Below, one piece after another: positions 29,401 to 38,253 of a stretch of 64,000 bases of DNA; the first letter of the stretch is position 1; each line of letters begins with the position of its first letter. Below the pieces are notes generated by a model. It worked only from the letters and a program-made list of their open reading frames with translations. It did not search any database and was not told where the DNA came from. Made by a program: the position numbers and the translations under genes. The stretch spans positions 21,936 to 85,935 of the forward strand of contig CAYRNA010000001.1 of the NCBI GenBank assembly GCA_964425555.1. Reading direction: 5' to 3'. The DNA comes from an uncultured Spirochaetales bacterium (GTDB taxonomy: Bacteria; Spirochaetota; Spirochaetia; SP-2023; CAYRNA01).

Positions 29401-29718
29401 CTTAGTATTCGTAGTTTGAATGTTGTTGATATGGCTGCAGGTGTGGATCATCTATTAATCTTGCTCTCTGATGGTAGCTTGTATACTGTTGGACTCAATG
29501 ATAAGGGGCAGCTAGGCGATGGCACAAACATTGCGAGAACCCACTTTGTAAGGATACTCAATGGAGTGACAGTCATTGATATTGCTGCTGGTGATAAATT
29601 TAGTATGGCACTAGATAGTTCAGCGAACCTTTATGTATGGGGTGATAATTCTAGTGGGCAACTTGGTGTAGATAAAAATAATCTTACAGAAACTTCAACA
29701 CCCATTAGTTTTTACTAA
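26422..29718 (+). CDS. Large predicted lipoprotein with C-terminal RCC1-type repeats, paralogue 2
   Basis: 1098 aa. Signal peptide plus lipobox MRLQSIIVLLILLFMAGC. Colinear with paralogues 1 and 3. RCC1 repeats at 29425-29715: DHLLILLSDGSLYTVGLNDKGQLGDGT and KFSMALDSSANLYVWGDNSSGQLG. Confidence 0.8.
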   Translation: MRLQSIIVLLILLFMAGCKPPVEIKEVGPKLEPITFVPGLSILRDQMNRTLSLSWDTASSNLNDNLFNSLSIFNGDEEVLKIDDFKILQNTNSYQIDNISSGDIDLRVVETVRNFNEFVSTPVFDKKIGTVLAAENVVASVSNDNDLTASIDASFSFTWDSVTKDSTNSPVIQDEIAFNQYDAVNALLKTTSVPFSSSYMLEEKITDNNPYSFGLNASYSSPDKKIRWRTGETTRVSVRVINVINGLIVPASAQIERQDTFNLGAAPTSSSNLTISWDYSVGTAGTVGAGNSPDGDMVAEIFEQGSTTPVWAHTYPASGVTAGNTVTETPTSIAFDATKNYYFSVRSDTVNVKSFLTIGLPTTLLDTANSVGIVMYPYTYQYFDGLPQTLPPYSDNGVTIAPSNIDVTMSNGSQAPTPSFPIYVSQGRTQNIYARQTPLSTSLPTGAYSQYRLAYSFGSDHDHTITYEKPTEWIISNLTVNTPSFDNVAAEVSISIDAANASASATTLRLGVEGVVGFRDTLTIPTGTGISTLNQNIPYSVFLMGSDTVDWSLRFYYDRPNYPSFIFHQAPIDNFVEEALDIDFVSLANASYALKKLPATPDIDFNITRLNDTASLTNINYSIGIKQLGLKPIVKSAGTGITATNLIPRGLSIPDGSIFILTKTHKDGTTSTLQYNLSGAITINSPPSSPLKYQNSYKFGDGSASTTNAGVPVDYGNRLSLIAAGNKAAYAMYATPVPGQKHSFLSWGDLNERAGLGPSIETFDVTGSRSIIENTSGPQDVKTIYAGRNWVAHVLLASAFTNSYNPYFVTSYTTGSTRRTDNTDLDSFLFSSQTYPIGISSGNAPYRFLATSGNEYSYAIAENNNKQVFNGSARYYAGLPTAYGTRITSGGATLTEKKDVAVNLNTSAFITKGSSGGIADGALFIRGQDSKVFGDNSVKAFNATGSGSSSNYVGIVGSNTYYAVLDSTNKVKRIGDGLGMTSPALWTSPALISLSIRSLNVVDMAAGVDHLLILLSDGSLYTVGLNDKGQLGDGTNIARTHFVRILNGVTVIDIAAGDKFSMALDSSANLYVWGDNSSGQLGVDKNNLTETSTPISFY

Positions 29719-29845
29719 ATAATATACATTATATTATTTTTTTATATAAATATATTATATATTTTTTCTCTCAATAGCTTGAATTATTCATTATTATAAC
29801 GCATCTATCACTTATCTAACTCTAAGAAAGTGAGGAGCTATAAAA

Positions 29846-32800
29846 ATGAAATTATTTAACATTTATTTTGTGATCGTTATTTTGTCTATCATAGGCTGCA
29901 AACCACCAGTAGAGATAAGAGAAATGGCAGGTGAAAATCTTGGTCCAGTAACTTTTGTTCCTAATATTGCGGTTTTGAGGAATCAAGTGGATAGGACATT
30001 GTCTCTTAGCTGGGATAGCGAAGCGGCCTATTTTAATGAAAACTTATTTATTTCTCTTTCTGTTTTTTATAACGATGATGAAGTGCTCAAGATAAATGAT
30101 GCTCAAACCTTAAAAAATACAGATTTTCACCAGATAAAAAATATAAATTCTCATGATATTGATTTACGCATTGTAGAAACAGTAAGAGATTTTGATAAAT
30201 TTGTAGAAAATACTGTCCTCAATGAAAATATTGGTACGGTTGCTGCGGTACAAAACCTTGTTCCCACTGTCGCTAAGGACACTGATCTTGGACCTGGTAT
30301 AGAAGCCAGTATTTCTTTTACATGGGATAATATCACCGAAGATAGCACCAAGGCACCCATCATTCAAGATACGGCTACATTTAATCAATACAATGCCACT
30401 AATGATTTGTTGTTGTCGGCTGATATTCTTTCAAACTCTAGCTATACTCTCCAAGGTACAATAACCGATAATGATGCCTACAGCTTTGGCCTCAATGCCT
30501 CTTATAGCAATGCGAGTAAAACAGTAAGATGGATTGTTGAGGAAAGCACTCGTGTCAGTGCCCGAGCAATCAATATTATTTCTGGAGTCATTGTACCCAC
30601 ATCGGCAAATATAGTAAGACAGGACAACTTTTATCTTGCTCCTACGCCAACCTCATCTTCTACGACGATTAGGCTCAGCTGGCAATATTCCATGCCCACA
30701 GGCACAACAGGAACGCCCGCTGCCGTAGAAGACATCAAGGTAAATCTTTACGAAGAAGGTGTCGCTGCTCCTGTTTGGGATGCCGTCTTTCCAAGTACAG
30801 GCGTTATCCCTGGAGCGACAGAAAGTGCTATCATTCCCAATAGTACGACATTGAGCGCCGACAAAAGTTATTATTTTACGGTCTCTTCTGACTCCACAAG
30901 TCCGCTTACAAGCTTTGTCACAAAAAGCTTACCATCCACTTTGTTAGATACATCAAACTCCGTGGGAATTGTTAACGGGGGCAATAGCTATCAATATTTT
31001 GATGCTTTGCCTTTAGTATTACCCGACTACAGTGATAATGGTAGCACTGTCGCTCCAGCCAGTATAAAAGCAGGTATAAGCAATGGTTTTACTTTCAATT
31101 ATCCTCTCGATGTCAATGTGAGTGAAGGAAGAACGGAGGATATTTTCACTCAAAGTTATACAGGAAGTGGTAATCCAGTAAATGCCTATAGCGAATACGA
31201 GCTTGTTTATAGCTTTGGTGCAGATCATGAGCATACTCTGATATATCAAAAACCAACGACGTGGATACTCTCTGATTTTGTCGTCGGAGATACACCCATT
31301 TTTAATAATGTCACAGATGAAGTCAGCATTTCTGTTAATGCAAATAATGACGGCACGTCTACAGAAAGCTTACGTTTAGCGGTGGATGGAGCGACAAGTT
31401 TTACAGACAATCTTGCTCTTCCCAAAGGCGTAGGTGCAGCCGCATCTCATAAAGACATATCTTATAGCGTCTTTAGGTCTAGCCGTGATCCCATCGATTG
31501 GTCCTTGCAATTTTATTATGATAGACCTCATTATGATACTCTATTACTTCACACAGAAGAAATAGACAACTTTGTCCCAGAGGCCTTAGAAATTGATTTC
31601 CGAGTTGCTAATAGCAGTGACACCTATAGTTTAGAGCGCTTAGGTGGCGCGAACAATAACTTTAGAATTGTTGATACTTCTAGCAGTACATTGATCAATT
31701 CAATCAACAACTCTGTGGGTTTACAGCACCTTGGATTAATACCGCAAATAACATCTGCAGGCGCAGGCATCACTGCAAGTAATCTTGCATCTGGTACGAA
31801 TTCCATAGCAAGCTCCACGGCTTTTACGGTAACAAAAACACATGCAAATAGCACGACAAGCACCCTCGTTTATCACTTAGACAATGCTATCTCCATTGTG
31901 GGAGTTCACTCTCCTTTCTTGAAATATCAAGACAGCTATAAGTTTGGCGGAGATAGCTCCAGTAGTGTCACTGATGGCGTCCCTGACAGTTACAGCGATA
32001 GATTATCCCTTATTGCTGCTGGTGAAAAAGCTGCTTACGCACTTTATGCTACGCCCGTTTATGCAACAGAATATGGTTTTTTGAGTTGGGGAGATCTGGC
32101 TGAAAGAGACGGTTTGGGCTCCACAGTAGAATATTTCAACGAAAACGATTCACTTTCAGCGATTGAAAATATCAATAATTCTCAAGATGTAAAAACTATT
32201 TATGCAGGGAAAAATTGGGTTTCAACTATAGTCGTAGCATCCGCTCCCTTTATTGGAGATATCCCACAACTTTCAACATCATTCTTAATGTCTTCTGGTA
32301 GACAAACAGAAACCGCTTTTCTCAGCAGCTTGAGTTATTTAGGTACTCCTTATCCCATCGCTATGTCATCAGGAAATGCGCCTTCACGATTTCTTGCGAC
32401 GACTGATAACAATAGCTACGCCATCATAGAGAACAACCCTTCTTCCCCTGGTGTCTTTCGAGGATCAAGCAATGAATACAATACATTATCACTCGCTCAT
32501 GGTACAAAAATAGGTGGGGGCCTAGCAACAACAACTTATAAAAAGGATGTTGCGGTCAATTTGAATACCAGTGCCTATATCACTCAAAGTTCTACACCTG
32601 CGGACGACGGCTTGCTTTATATACGAGGTACAGACGAAAAAATCTTTGGTTCAACAGGCAAAAAAGCGTTTAATTCCACTGGAAGTGGATCCTCAAATAA
32701 CTATGTAGGAATAGTGGGAAGCAATAGCTATTACGCTGTGTTGACTGACGCAAATCAGGTATTGAGAATTGGGGACGGTCTCGGTATGACATCGTCTGCC

Positions 32801-33151
32801 GAATGGACAGCTCCCGCACAAATATCGGGTTTGCCTGCAGGCATGGATATTGTTGATATGGCCGCTGGTACAGATCATTTATTAGTCTTAGATTCCAACG
32901 GTGTGATATATGTTGTCGGAGTCAATGACAAAGGTCAACTCGGTACGGGTTCGACAATCAACACAAGCAGTTTTACCTCATTATCCGCATTCCTTGGGAT
33001 AAAAATAATCGACATCGCAGCCGGTCATAAATTTAGCATGGCATTGGATAATGCAGGTAATTTATACACATGGGGTGACAATTCGAGCGGCCAACTTGGT
33101 ATGGAGAAAGAGCAACTTGAGCAGAGCCTTACTCCTATACCATTTTGGTAA
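29846..33151 (+). CDS. Large predicted lipoprotein with C-terminal RCC1-type repeats, paralogue 3
   Basis: 1101 aa. Signal peptide plus lipobox MKLFNIYFVIVILSIIGC. A strong SD (GAGGAG) lies 8 nt upstream. RCC1 repeats at 32852-33148: DHLLVLDSNGVIYVVGVNDKGQLGTGS and KFSMALDNAGNLYTWGDNSSGQLG. Confidence 0.8.
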   Translation: MKLFNIYFVIVILSIIGCKPPVEIREMAGENLGPVTFVPNIAVLRNQVDRTLSLSWDSEAAYFNENLFISLSVFYNDDEVLKINDAQTLKNTDFHQIKNINSHDIDLRIVETVRDFDKFVENTVLNENIGTVAAVQNLVPTVAKDTDLGPGIEASISFTWDNITEDSTKAPIIQDTATFNQYNATNDLLLSADILSNSSYTLQGTITDNDAYSFGLNASYSNASKTVRWIVEESTRVSARAINIISGVIVPTSANIVRQDNFYLAPTPTSSSTTIRLSWQYSMPTGTTGTPAAVEDIKVNLYEEGVAAPVWDAVFPSTGVIPGATESAIIPNSTTLSADKSYYFTVSSDSTSPLTSFVTKSLPSTLLDTSNSVGIVNGGNSYQYFDALPLVLPDYSDNGSTVAPASIKAGISNGFTFNYPLDVNVSEGRTEDIFTQSYTGSGNPVNAYSEYELVYSFGADHEHTLIYQKPTTWILSDFVVGDTPIFNNVTDEVSISVNANNDGTSTESLRLAVDGATSFTDNLALPKGVGAAASHKDISYSVFRSSRDPIDWSLQFYYDRPHYDTLLLHTEEIDNFVPEALEIDFRVANSSDTYSLERLGGANNNFRIVDTSSSTLINSINNSVGLQHLGLIPQITSAGAGITASNLASGTNSIASSTAFTVTKTHANSTTSTLVYHLDNAISIVGVHSPFLKYQDSYKFGGDSSSSVTDGVPDSYSDRLSLIAAGEKAAYALYATPVYATEYGFLSWGDLAERDGLGSTVEYFNENDSLSAIENINNSQDVKTIYAGKNWVSTIVVASAPFIGDIPQLSTSFLMSSGRQTETAFLSSLSYLGTPYPIAMSSGNAPSRFLATTDNNSYAIIENNPSSPGVFRGSSNEYNTLSLAHGTKIGGGLATTTYKKDVAVNLNTSAYITQSSTPADDGLLYIRGTDEKIFGSTGKKAFNSTGSGSSNNYVGIVGSNSYYAVLTDANQVLRIGDGLGMTSSAEWTAPAQISGLPAGMDIVDMAAGTDHLLVLDSNGVIYVVGVNDKGQLGTGSTINTSSFTSLSAFLGIKIIDIAAGHKFSMALDNAGNLYTWGDNSSGQLGMEKEQLEQSLTPIPFW

Positions 33152-33166
33152 AATTGGGTAGAAGCT

Positions 33167-34255
33167 TTAACGTTGCACTCTACCAGAGCTATCGCCATTC
33201 ATTAGCGTTTCTACTTCTTTGCGTGAAGAAAAGTTGACGTCGCCAGGGATGCTGTGGCACAAACAGGATGCCGCTACAGCATATGCAATGGCCTTGGAAT
33301 TCTCGCTCAATTCAGGCGTATTCAGTGCAAAGATAAGTCCCGCACCAAAAGAATCACCACCACCAACTCTATCAATAATATTTTTTATTTCATAAGGTGC
33401 GTATTCATCGCCGCTGAGTGGGGCTAAAGCATGCTCGTCTTTTTCCGCATCATAGAGTAAAGCGCCCCAATTATTGTGTGTCGCTGATAGGCTTTCACGC
33501 AAGGTAATGGCTACTTTTTTGACATTAGGAAATTGTCTGACTATTTCTTTTGCCACCGCAATATAACTCTCCGTATTTATTTTTCCTGCATGAACATCAG
33601 AATGCTCTGCTTCTATGCCCAATATATCCGAGGCGTCTTCTTCGTTGGCAATGACGACATCAACAAAAGGTAAAATCTCACGCAAGGTTTTTTGGGCCAA
33701 TTCTTTGGCACTGAAATTTGTGTCCCACAACCATAATTTCTTGCGGAAATTTAAATCGCACGATACCGTTAAGCCTGCTTTTTGCGCTTCTTGTGCCGCT
33801 CTGAGAGTTCCTTTGGCCGCTTGCTCAGAAATCGCAGGCGTAATACCCGTTGTGTGCAACCAACACGCATCTTTCAACGCTGCCGTCCAGTCAATAGCAT
33901 CGCTGTCTATATGACTCATCGCCGAATGGGCTCTATCATAAGTGACAGCACTGGGGCGTTGATTCGCACCCGTTTCTAAAAAATACAAGCCCAAGCGTTC
34001 GTTTCTTTTTTGTATAAATTGTGTGTCGACATTGAAGCCCCGCAAAAATTTCTCACACGCATCGCCCAAAGTATTACTGGGTAAAGCCGTGATAAAACGT
34101 GTGGGCAAACCCATATAACTGATGGCTGTCGCCACATTTCCTTCAGCACCGCCAAAGGTTAATTTTAGCTTTCCAGGAAGCATTTGTATCATTTTTTCAT
34201 GATTTTCGGTTTCAAACCGACCCATTATTTCACCAAAAGTAACTATTTTTTTCAT
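33167..34255 (-). CDS. kdgK: 2-dehydro-3-deoxygluconokinase (PfkB-family sugar kinase)
   Basis: 362 aa. PfkB signatures FGGAEGNVA near the N-terminus and DRVGGGDSFGAGLIFAL near the C-terminus. It lies immediately downstream of eda in the same orientation. Confidence 0.75.
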   Translation of the reverse strand: MKKIVTFGEIMGRFETENHEKMIQMLPGKLKLTFGGAEGNVATAISYMGLPTRFITALPSNTLGDACEKFLRGFNVDTQFIQKRNERLGLYFLETGANQRPSAVTYDRAHSAMSHIDSDAIDWTAALKDACWLHTTGITPAISEQAAKGTLRAAQEAQKAGLTVSCDLNFRKKLWLWDTNFSAKELAQKTLREILPFVDVVIANEEDASDILGIEAEHSDVHAGKINTESYIAVAKEIVRQFPNVKKVAITLRESLSATHNNWGALLYDAEKDEHALAPLSGDEYAPYEIKNIIDRVGGGDSFGAGLIFALNTPELSENSKAIAYAVAASCLCHSIPGDVNFSSRKEVETLMNGDSSGRVQR

Positions 34256-34266
34256 TGTTCTTTCCT

Positions 34267-34917
34267 TTACTTATTTTCTTCGATTATTTTAACGGCTTCT
34301 GCGGCATTTTGTTGTATTTTCTTCCAATCTTTCGCTTCAATAAGATCTTTGGGGGCTAACCATGAACCACCAACTCCGCCGATGAGAGGCGACTTAATGT
34401 AGTCTGGCAAGTTTGCAGGTTTGATGCCTCCTAGAGGAATGAATTGTAGGCCAAGATGAGCGTAGGGCGCTTGCATCGTTTTCAAATAATTGAGTCCGCC
34501 CATGGCTTCTGCGGGGAAAAATTTCAGCAGTCGACAGCCAAATTCCAACGCACCTTCTATGTCAGAAGGCGTCGCAACGCCAGGAAAGAAGGGCAGGCCT
34601 ATCATGTTGGCGTGATCTAATATGCGTGGATTAAATCCTGGTGCAACGGCAAAAGGCGCACCCGTATCTTTAACCTGTTCCAATTGCTCAGTGGTCAAGA
34701 CCGTTCCTGCACCAATATTAAGCTCGGGGTATTTTTGCACGAGCAGTGTTAATATGTCTAGGGCAGATTCAGTACGTAAAGTCATTTCTATATTACGCAC
34801 GCCCCCAGCAATTAAAGCATCTGCAATGAAAGGCGCATCTTCTATGTCACTGATAGCGAGCACAGCTATAATTTTGTGTGTTAATATGCTTTGTATTGGA
34901 GCTATGTTTTGATCCAT
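34267..34917 (-). CDS. eda: KDPG / KHG aldolase (2-dehydro-3-deoxyphosphogluconate aldolase)
   Basis: 216 aa. Contains GGVRNIEMTLRT, IGAGTVLT, FAVAPG, PGVATPSDIEGALEFGCRLLKFFPAE and the C-terminal GGI/GGVGGSWL pattern typical of Eda. Confidence 0.85.
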   Translation of the reverse strand: MDQNIAPIQSILTHKIIAVLAISDIEDAPFIADALIAGGVRNIEMTLRTESALDILTLLVQKYPELNIGAGTVLTTEQLEQVKDTGAPFAVAPGFNPRILDHANMIGLPFFPGVATPSDIEGALEFGCRLLKFFPAEAMGGLNYLKTMQAPYAHLGLQFIPLGGIKPANLPDYIKSPLIGGVGGSWLAPKDLIEAKDWKKIQQNAAEAVKIIEENK

Positions 34918-34965
34918 GTAATTTCCCTTCTGTTGATTATTTCATAACGATTTTAGGCGGAAAAG

Positions 34966-34992
34966 ATATTAACACGAAAAATTCCATGTCAA
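34966..34992 (-). promoter_or_regulatory. Candidate proximal eda-kdgK promoter (TTGACA-15 nt-TAATAT on the minus strand)
   Basis: The -35 is the reverse complement of 34987-34992 and the -10 is the reverse complement of 34966-34971. The short 15-nt spacer makes it weaker than the distal candidate. Confidence 0.3.
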
Positions 34993-35024
34993 TTATGTTG
35001 TAAAAACAAACCACCATTGTGTTG

Positions 35025-35053
35025 ATTATCAAAATAATTCTATCTCATGTCAA
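35025..35053 (-). promoter_or_regulatory. Candidate distal eda-kdgK promoter (TTGACA-17 nt-GATAAT on the minus strand)
   Basis: The -35 is the reverse complement of 35048-35053 and the -10 is the reverse complement of 35025-35030, with exactly 17 nt between them. Confidence 0.45.
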
Positions 35054-35176
35054 TTATTTAATGCAGGAAATAATGGCGAGATCTTTGTATTTCTCCTTAT
35101 GTGACGGGTGGATGAAGTTCAATTGACTTCAAAATGGTAGTAACATTTTTATACGAGTGAAATTTAAAATGAGTAC

Positions 35177-35205
35177 TTGATCATCTTTCTAATCTAAGCT
35201 ATAAT
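35177..35205 (+). promoter_or_regulatory. Candidate opp operon promoter (TTGATC-17 nt-TATAAT)
   Basis: TTGATC at 35177-35182, a 17-nt spacer, and consensus TATAAT at 35200-35205, about 75 nt upstream of the preferred oppB start. Confidence 0.5.
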
Positions 35206-35281
35206 GAGAAGATATTAAAAAATTCTACATATATATACAAACAAGGAATTGATCAAAATTCCTTCCCACGAGGAGAACGAT

Positions 35282-36211
35282 GTGAGAAAATATATAATCA
35301 AGAGGTTTCTTGGGATAATCCCGACCTTGTTTATTATCATTACTTTGAGTTTTTTTCTCATTCGTCTTGCACCGGGCGGGCCTTTTGACTCCGAAAGGAA
35401 ACTTCCTCCCCAAATTTTAGCCAACATTGAGGCTAAATATCACCTTGATGAACCCATCATACAGCAATATTTTCGTTATATGGGAAATGTTTTGCGTGGC
35501 GATCTCGGGCCTTCCTTTAGATATAGAGACCACGATGTTAATTTTTACATCTTCAGTAATTTACCCAATTCACTCATACTCGGTGGTGTTTCCATGCTTT
35601 TTGCTTTGGTGCTAGGAATGGCTGTGGGGATTATTGCCTCCCTCAAACGAAATACGTGGATAGACCATTTTTTTATGTCCACTGCGGTGGTGGGGATATC
35701 GCTTCCCGCCTTTGTTATAGGGCCGCTTCTGGTCTATTTTCTGGCGTTGCGGTGGAATTTACTGCCGACCTCGGGTTGGATCACAGGCAATAATGGGGCG
35801 CTGACATTGATTATGCCCGTCATCACCTTGTCATTCAGTTATTTTGCAAACATCGCCCGATTAATGCGCGCAAGCATGCTAGAAGTGCTTAACAGCGATT
35901 ATATTAGAACGGCACGAGCCAAAGGTTTATCGGTCAAAACCGTTATATTACGGCATTGTCTCAAGGGGGCCTCCATTCCTATCGTGAGCTATTTAGGCCC
36001 TGCGTTGGCGTCTATTTTGACGGGCTCCATTGTTGTTGAACAAATCTTCAGAATACCTGGCTTGGGTGTTTATTTTGTGCAATCGGCACTGAATAGAGAT
36101 TACACCTTGATTTTAGGTACAGTCATTGTTTATTCCACTCTCCTTGTGATTCTGAACTTTTTAGTTGATTTACTCTATGGCGTTTGTGATCCACGAATAT
36201 CTTACGAGTAA
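35282..36211 (+). CDS. oppB: Oligopeptide ABC transporter permease OppB
   Basis: Typical N-terminus RKYIIKRFLGIIPTLFIIITLSFFLIRLAPGGPF and the EAA-loop region YIRTARAKGLS. The track start is 35249. I prefer GTG at 35282, which is preceded by AGGAGA (35271-35276) and gives the canonical OppB N-terminus. Confidence 0.9.
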   Translation: MRKYIIKRFLGIIPTLFIIITLSFFLIRLAPGGPFDSERKLPPQILANIEAKYHLDEPIIQQYFRYMGNVLRGDLGPSFRYRDHDVNFYIFSNLPNSLILGGVSMLFALVLGMAVGIIASLKRNTWIDHFFMSTAVVGISLPAFVIGPLLVYFLALRWNLLPTSGWITGNNGALTLIMPVITLSFSYFANIARLMRASMLEVLNSDYIRTARAKGLSVKTVILRHCLKGASIPIVSYLGPALASILTGSIVVEQIFRIPGLGVYFVQSALNRDYTLILGTVIVYSTLLVILNFLVDLLYGVCDPRISYE

Positions 36212-36228
36212 AAAGGAAAATTATAATT

Positions 36229-37263
36229 ATGAGCGATAAAATAGAGTTTGAAGACAAACCCACTTCCTTGATGCGAGATTCTTGGAATAGGCTAAAAAGG
36301 CATAAATTTGCATTAATAAGCTTGTTCGTGATTTCGTTTTACATATTAATTGCCCTTTTTGCGCCTATCTTGCCCATACGTTCTTATCAGGAGCAAGTGT
36401 TGGAGCATCAGAACCTTCCGCCTAGCTTCAACAAAAAAGCTGGAGAGCTGATGCGTTCACGCAGAGTGGATTATCTGGCACGTTTTTTGGCAAAGGAAAA
36501 CCGCAGCGAATATACTGAAGCCGAGCAAGCAGAACTCGATAAGATAGATGCCTTTATTCAGGAAGAACCCGAATTAAACAACAGACATTATTGGTTGGGC
36601 ACGGATGCTTTGGGCCGTGACATGCTTTCACGTGTTATTTATGGCAGTCAAGTTTCTATCGCCATTGGTTTACTCGGTGCCATTCTTTCGGTCTTCATCG
36701 GTGTTCTTGTCGGTGCCGTTGCGGGATTTATGGGCGGTAAAATCGATTACATTCTCATGCGTGTCGTTGACATCCTTTACGGTTTGCCCTACATGCTCAT
36801 TGTTATTATTTTGATGGCTATTTTGGGCCGTAACATCGCCAACCTTTTTATAGCCCTATCTTTTGTCAGTTGGCTGACCACTGCCAGAGTTGTCAGAGGG
36901 CAAATTCTCACGCTCAAAAATGCCGTCTTTATAGAGGCCGCTCGCTCCATGGGGGCCAGCACTTGGCGCATCATTATCAAACATCTTATCCCCAATATTG
37001 TCGGTATTGTTATTATTTATACCACGATAAGAGTTCCCACTTTCATTCTGATGGAATCCTTTCTTTCCTTCCTTGGGTTGGGAATCTCAGCACCCTATGC
37101 CTCGTGGGGTTCGCTTATACAATCGGGTTTAGATGGCATGGATGTCTATCCGTGGAAGTTGGCAAGCCCCGCAATATTGATGAGTGTTTTCCTTTTTGCT
37201 ACAAATTTTCTCGGCGATGGTTTGCGCGATGCCTTTGACCCCAAAAGTAAAAATAAGGTGTAG
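36229..37263 (+). CDS. oppC: Oligopeptide ABC transporter permease OppC
   Basis: 344 aa. Contains LGTDALGRDMLSRVIYG, a permease core, and FIEAARSMGAS. Confidence 0.9.
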   Translation: MSDKIEFEDKPTSLMRDSWNRLKRHKFALISLFVISFYILIALFAPILPIRSYQEQVLEHQNLPPSFNKKAGELMRSRRVDYLARFLAKENRSEYTEAEQAELDKIDAFIQEEPELNNRHYWLGTDALGRDMLSRVIYGSQVSIAIGLLGAILSVFIGVLVGAVAGFMGGKIDYILMRVVDILYGLPYMLIVIILMAILGRNIANLFIALSFVSWLTTARVVRGQILTLKNAVFIEAARSMGASTWRIIIKHLIPNIVGIVIIYTTIRVPTFILMESFLSFLGLGISAPYASWGSLIQSGLDGMDVYPWKLASPAILMSVFLFATNFLGDGLRDAFDPKSKNKV

Positions 37264-37266
37264 AAA

Positions 37267-38253
37267 ATGAAAGACGAACCTATACTAGAAGTAAAAAATT
37301 TACAGACACATTTCTATACGGATGAAGGTATAGTCAAGGCTGTCAACGGCATTTCTTATACATTAAATCCAGGCGAAGTGCTCGGTATTGTCGGTGAATC
37401 AGGCTCGGGGAAATCCGTTTCTTCCATGTCCATGTTGCAACTCATACCTACACCTCCAGGAAAAATAATTGACGGTGAGATTTTATTTCATGGTCAGGAT
37501 TTGCTCAAAATGAGTCCTGCGGAAATTAATAAAATACGTGGAAACAAAATTTCTATGATCTTCCAAGATCCCATGACTGCTTTAAATCCTTTTTTGCGTG
37601 TTTCTACACAGCTTGAAGAAACGATTTTAGCGCATCAGGATGTGACAAAAGAAGAAGCCAAAGCCAAAGCCATTGATATGCTCGATAAAGTGGGCATCCC
37701 TGACGCTGCCTTGCGTATTCATGATTATCCCCATCAGTTTTCTGGCGGTATGCGTCAACGTGTAATGATAGCCATTGCGCTGACTTGTAATCCTGAAGTC
37801 TTGATTGCTGACGAACCTACAACGGCCTTAGACGTCACCATACAGGCGCAAATATTAGAACTCATACAGAGCTTGGCGAAACAATTTAATACAGCCATCA
37901 TCCTCATCACCCATGACTTGGGCGTCGTTGCAGGATTTTGCGATAAAATTTGTGTCATGTATGCAGGAAAGATAGTGGAAGAAGGCTCTGTCGACGAGAT
38001 TTTCGAAGCTCCTAAGCATCCTTACACCAAAGGACTGATAGATTCTCTTCCCAAACTCGGACAGAGCAAAAATGAGAAATTGTACACCATTAGTGGCCAC
38101 CCCATTAATCTGATGAAATTACCGCAGGGTTGTCCTTTTTACGCTCGCTGCGATTTTGCCTTGGATAAATGCAAGCAAAATTATCCGCCGACTACAGAAG
38201 TTGGTTCTGCACACAAAGTAGATTGCTGGTTGGAGGCTAATACAAATGACTGA
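37267..38253 (+). CDS. oppD: Oligopeptide ABC transporter ATP-binding protein OppD
   Basis: Walker A GESGSGKS, signature FSGGMRQR, Walker [12 protein letters not shown], and a C-terminal oligopeptide/dipeptide TOBE-like Cys motif. Confidence 0.9.
   Translation: MKDEPILEVKNLQTHFYTDEGIVKAVNGISYTLNPGEVLGIVGESGSGKSVSSMSMLQLIPTPPGKIIDGEILFHGQDLLKMSPAEINKIRGNKISMIFQDPMTALNPFLRVSTQLEETILAHQDVTKEEAKAKAIDMLDKVGIPDAALRIHDYPHQFSGGMRQRVMIAIALTCNPEVLIADEPTTALDVTIQAQILELIQSLAKQFNTAIILITHDLGVVAGFCDKICVMYAGKIVEEGSVDEIFEAPKHPYTKGLIDSLPKLGQSKNEKLYTISGHPINLMKLPQGCPFYARCDFALDKCKQNYPPTTEVGSAHKVDCWLEANTND

Larger units (their letters stand above)
22889..33151 (+). repeat. Head-to-tail triplication of a ~3.4-kb gene unit (three colinear paralogous lipoprotein genes; start-to-start spacing 3433 and 3424 nt)
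   Basis: The three translated products align end to end by eye. Shared blocks include LRVVETVRNF, SFSFTWDSVT.DST..P.IQD, YSFGLNASYS, FYYDRPNYPS, FLSWG.L.ER.GLGPSIE, VDMAAG.DHLL and WGDNS.G.LG. DNA similarity is visible at the 5' and 3' ends. Confidence 0.9.

Noticed and set aside
36870-37238. 122-aa alternative-frame ORF within oppC, and similar ORFs within maf, pfp and recD (e.g. 11143..11460, 20976..21368).
   Set aside because: They are nested in well-supported genes, have odd composition (His/Cys/Arg-rich), and have no translation signals.
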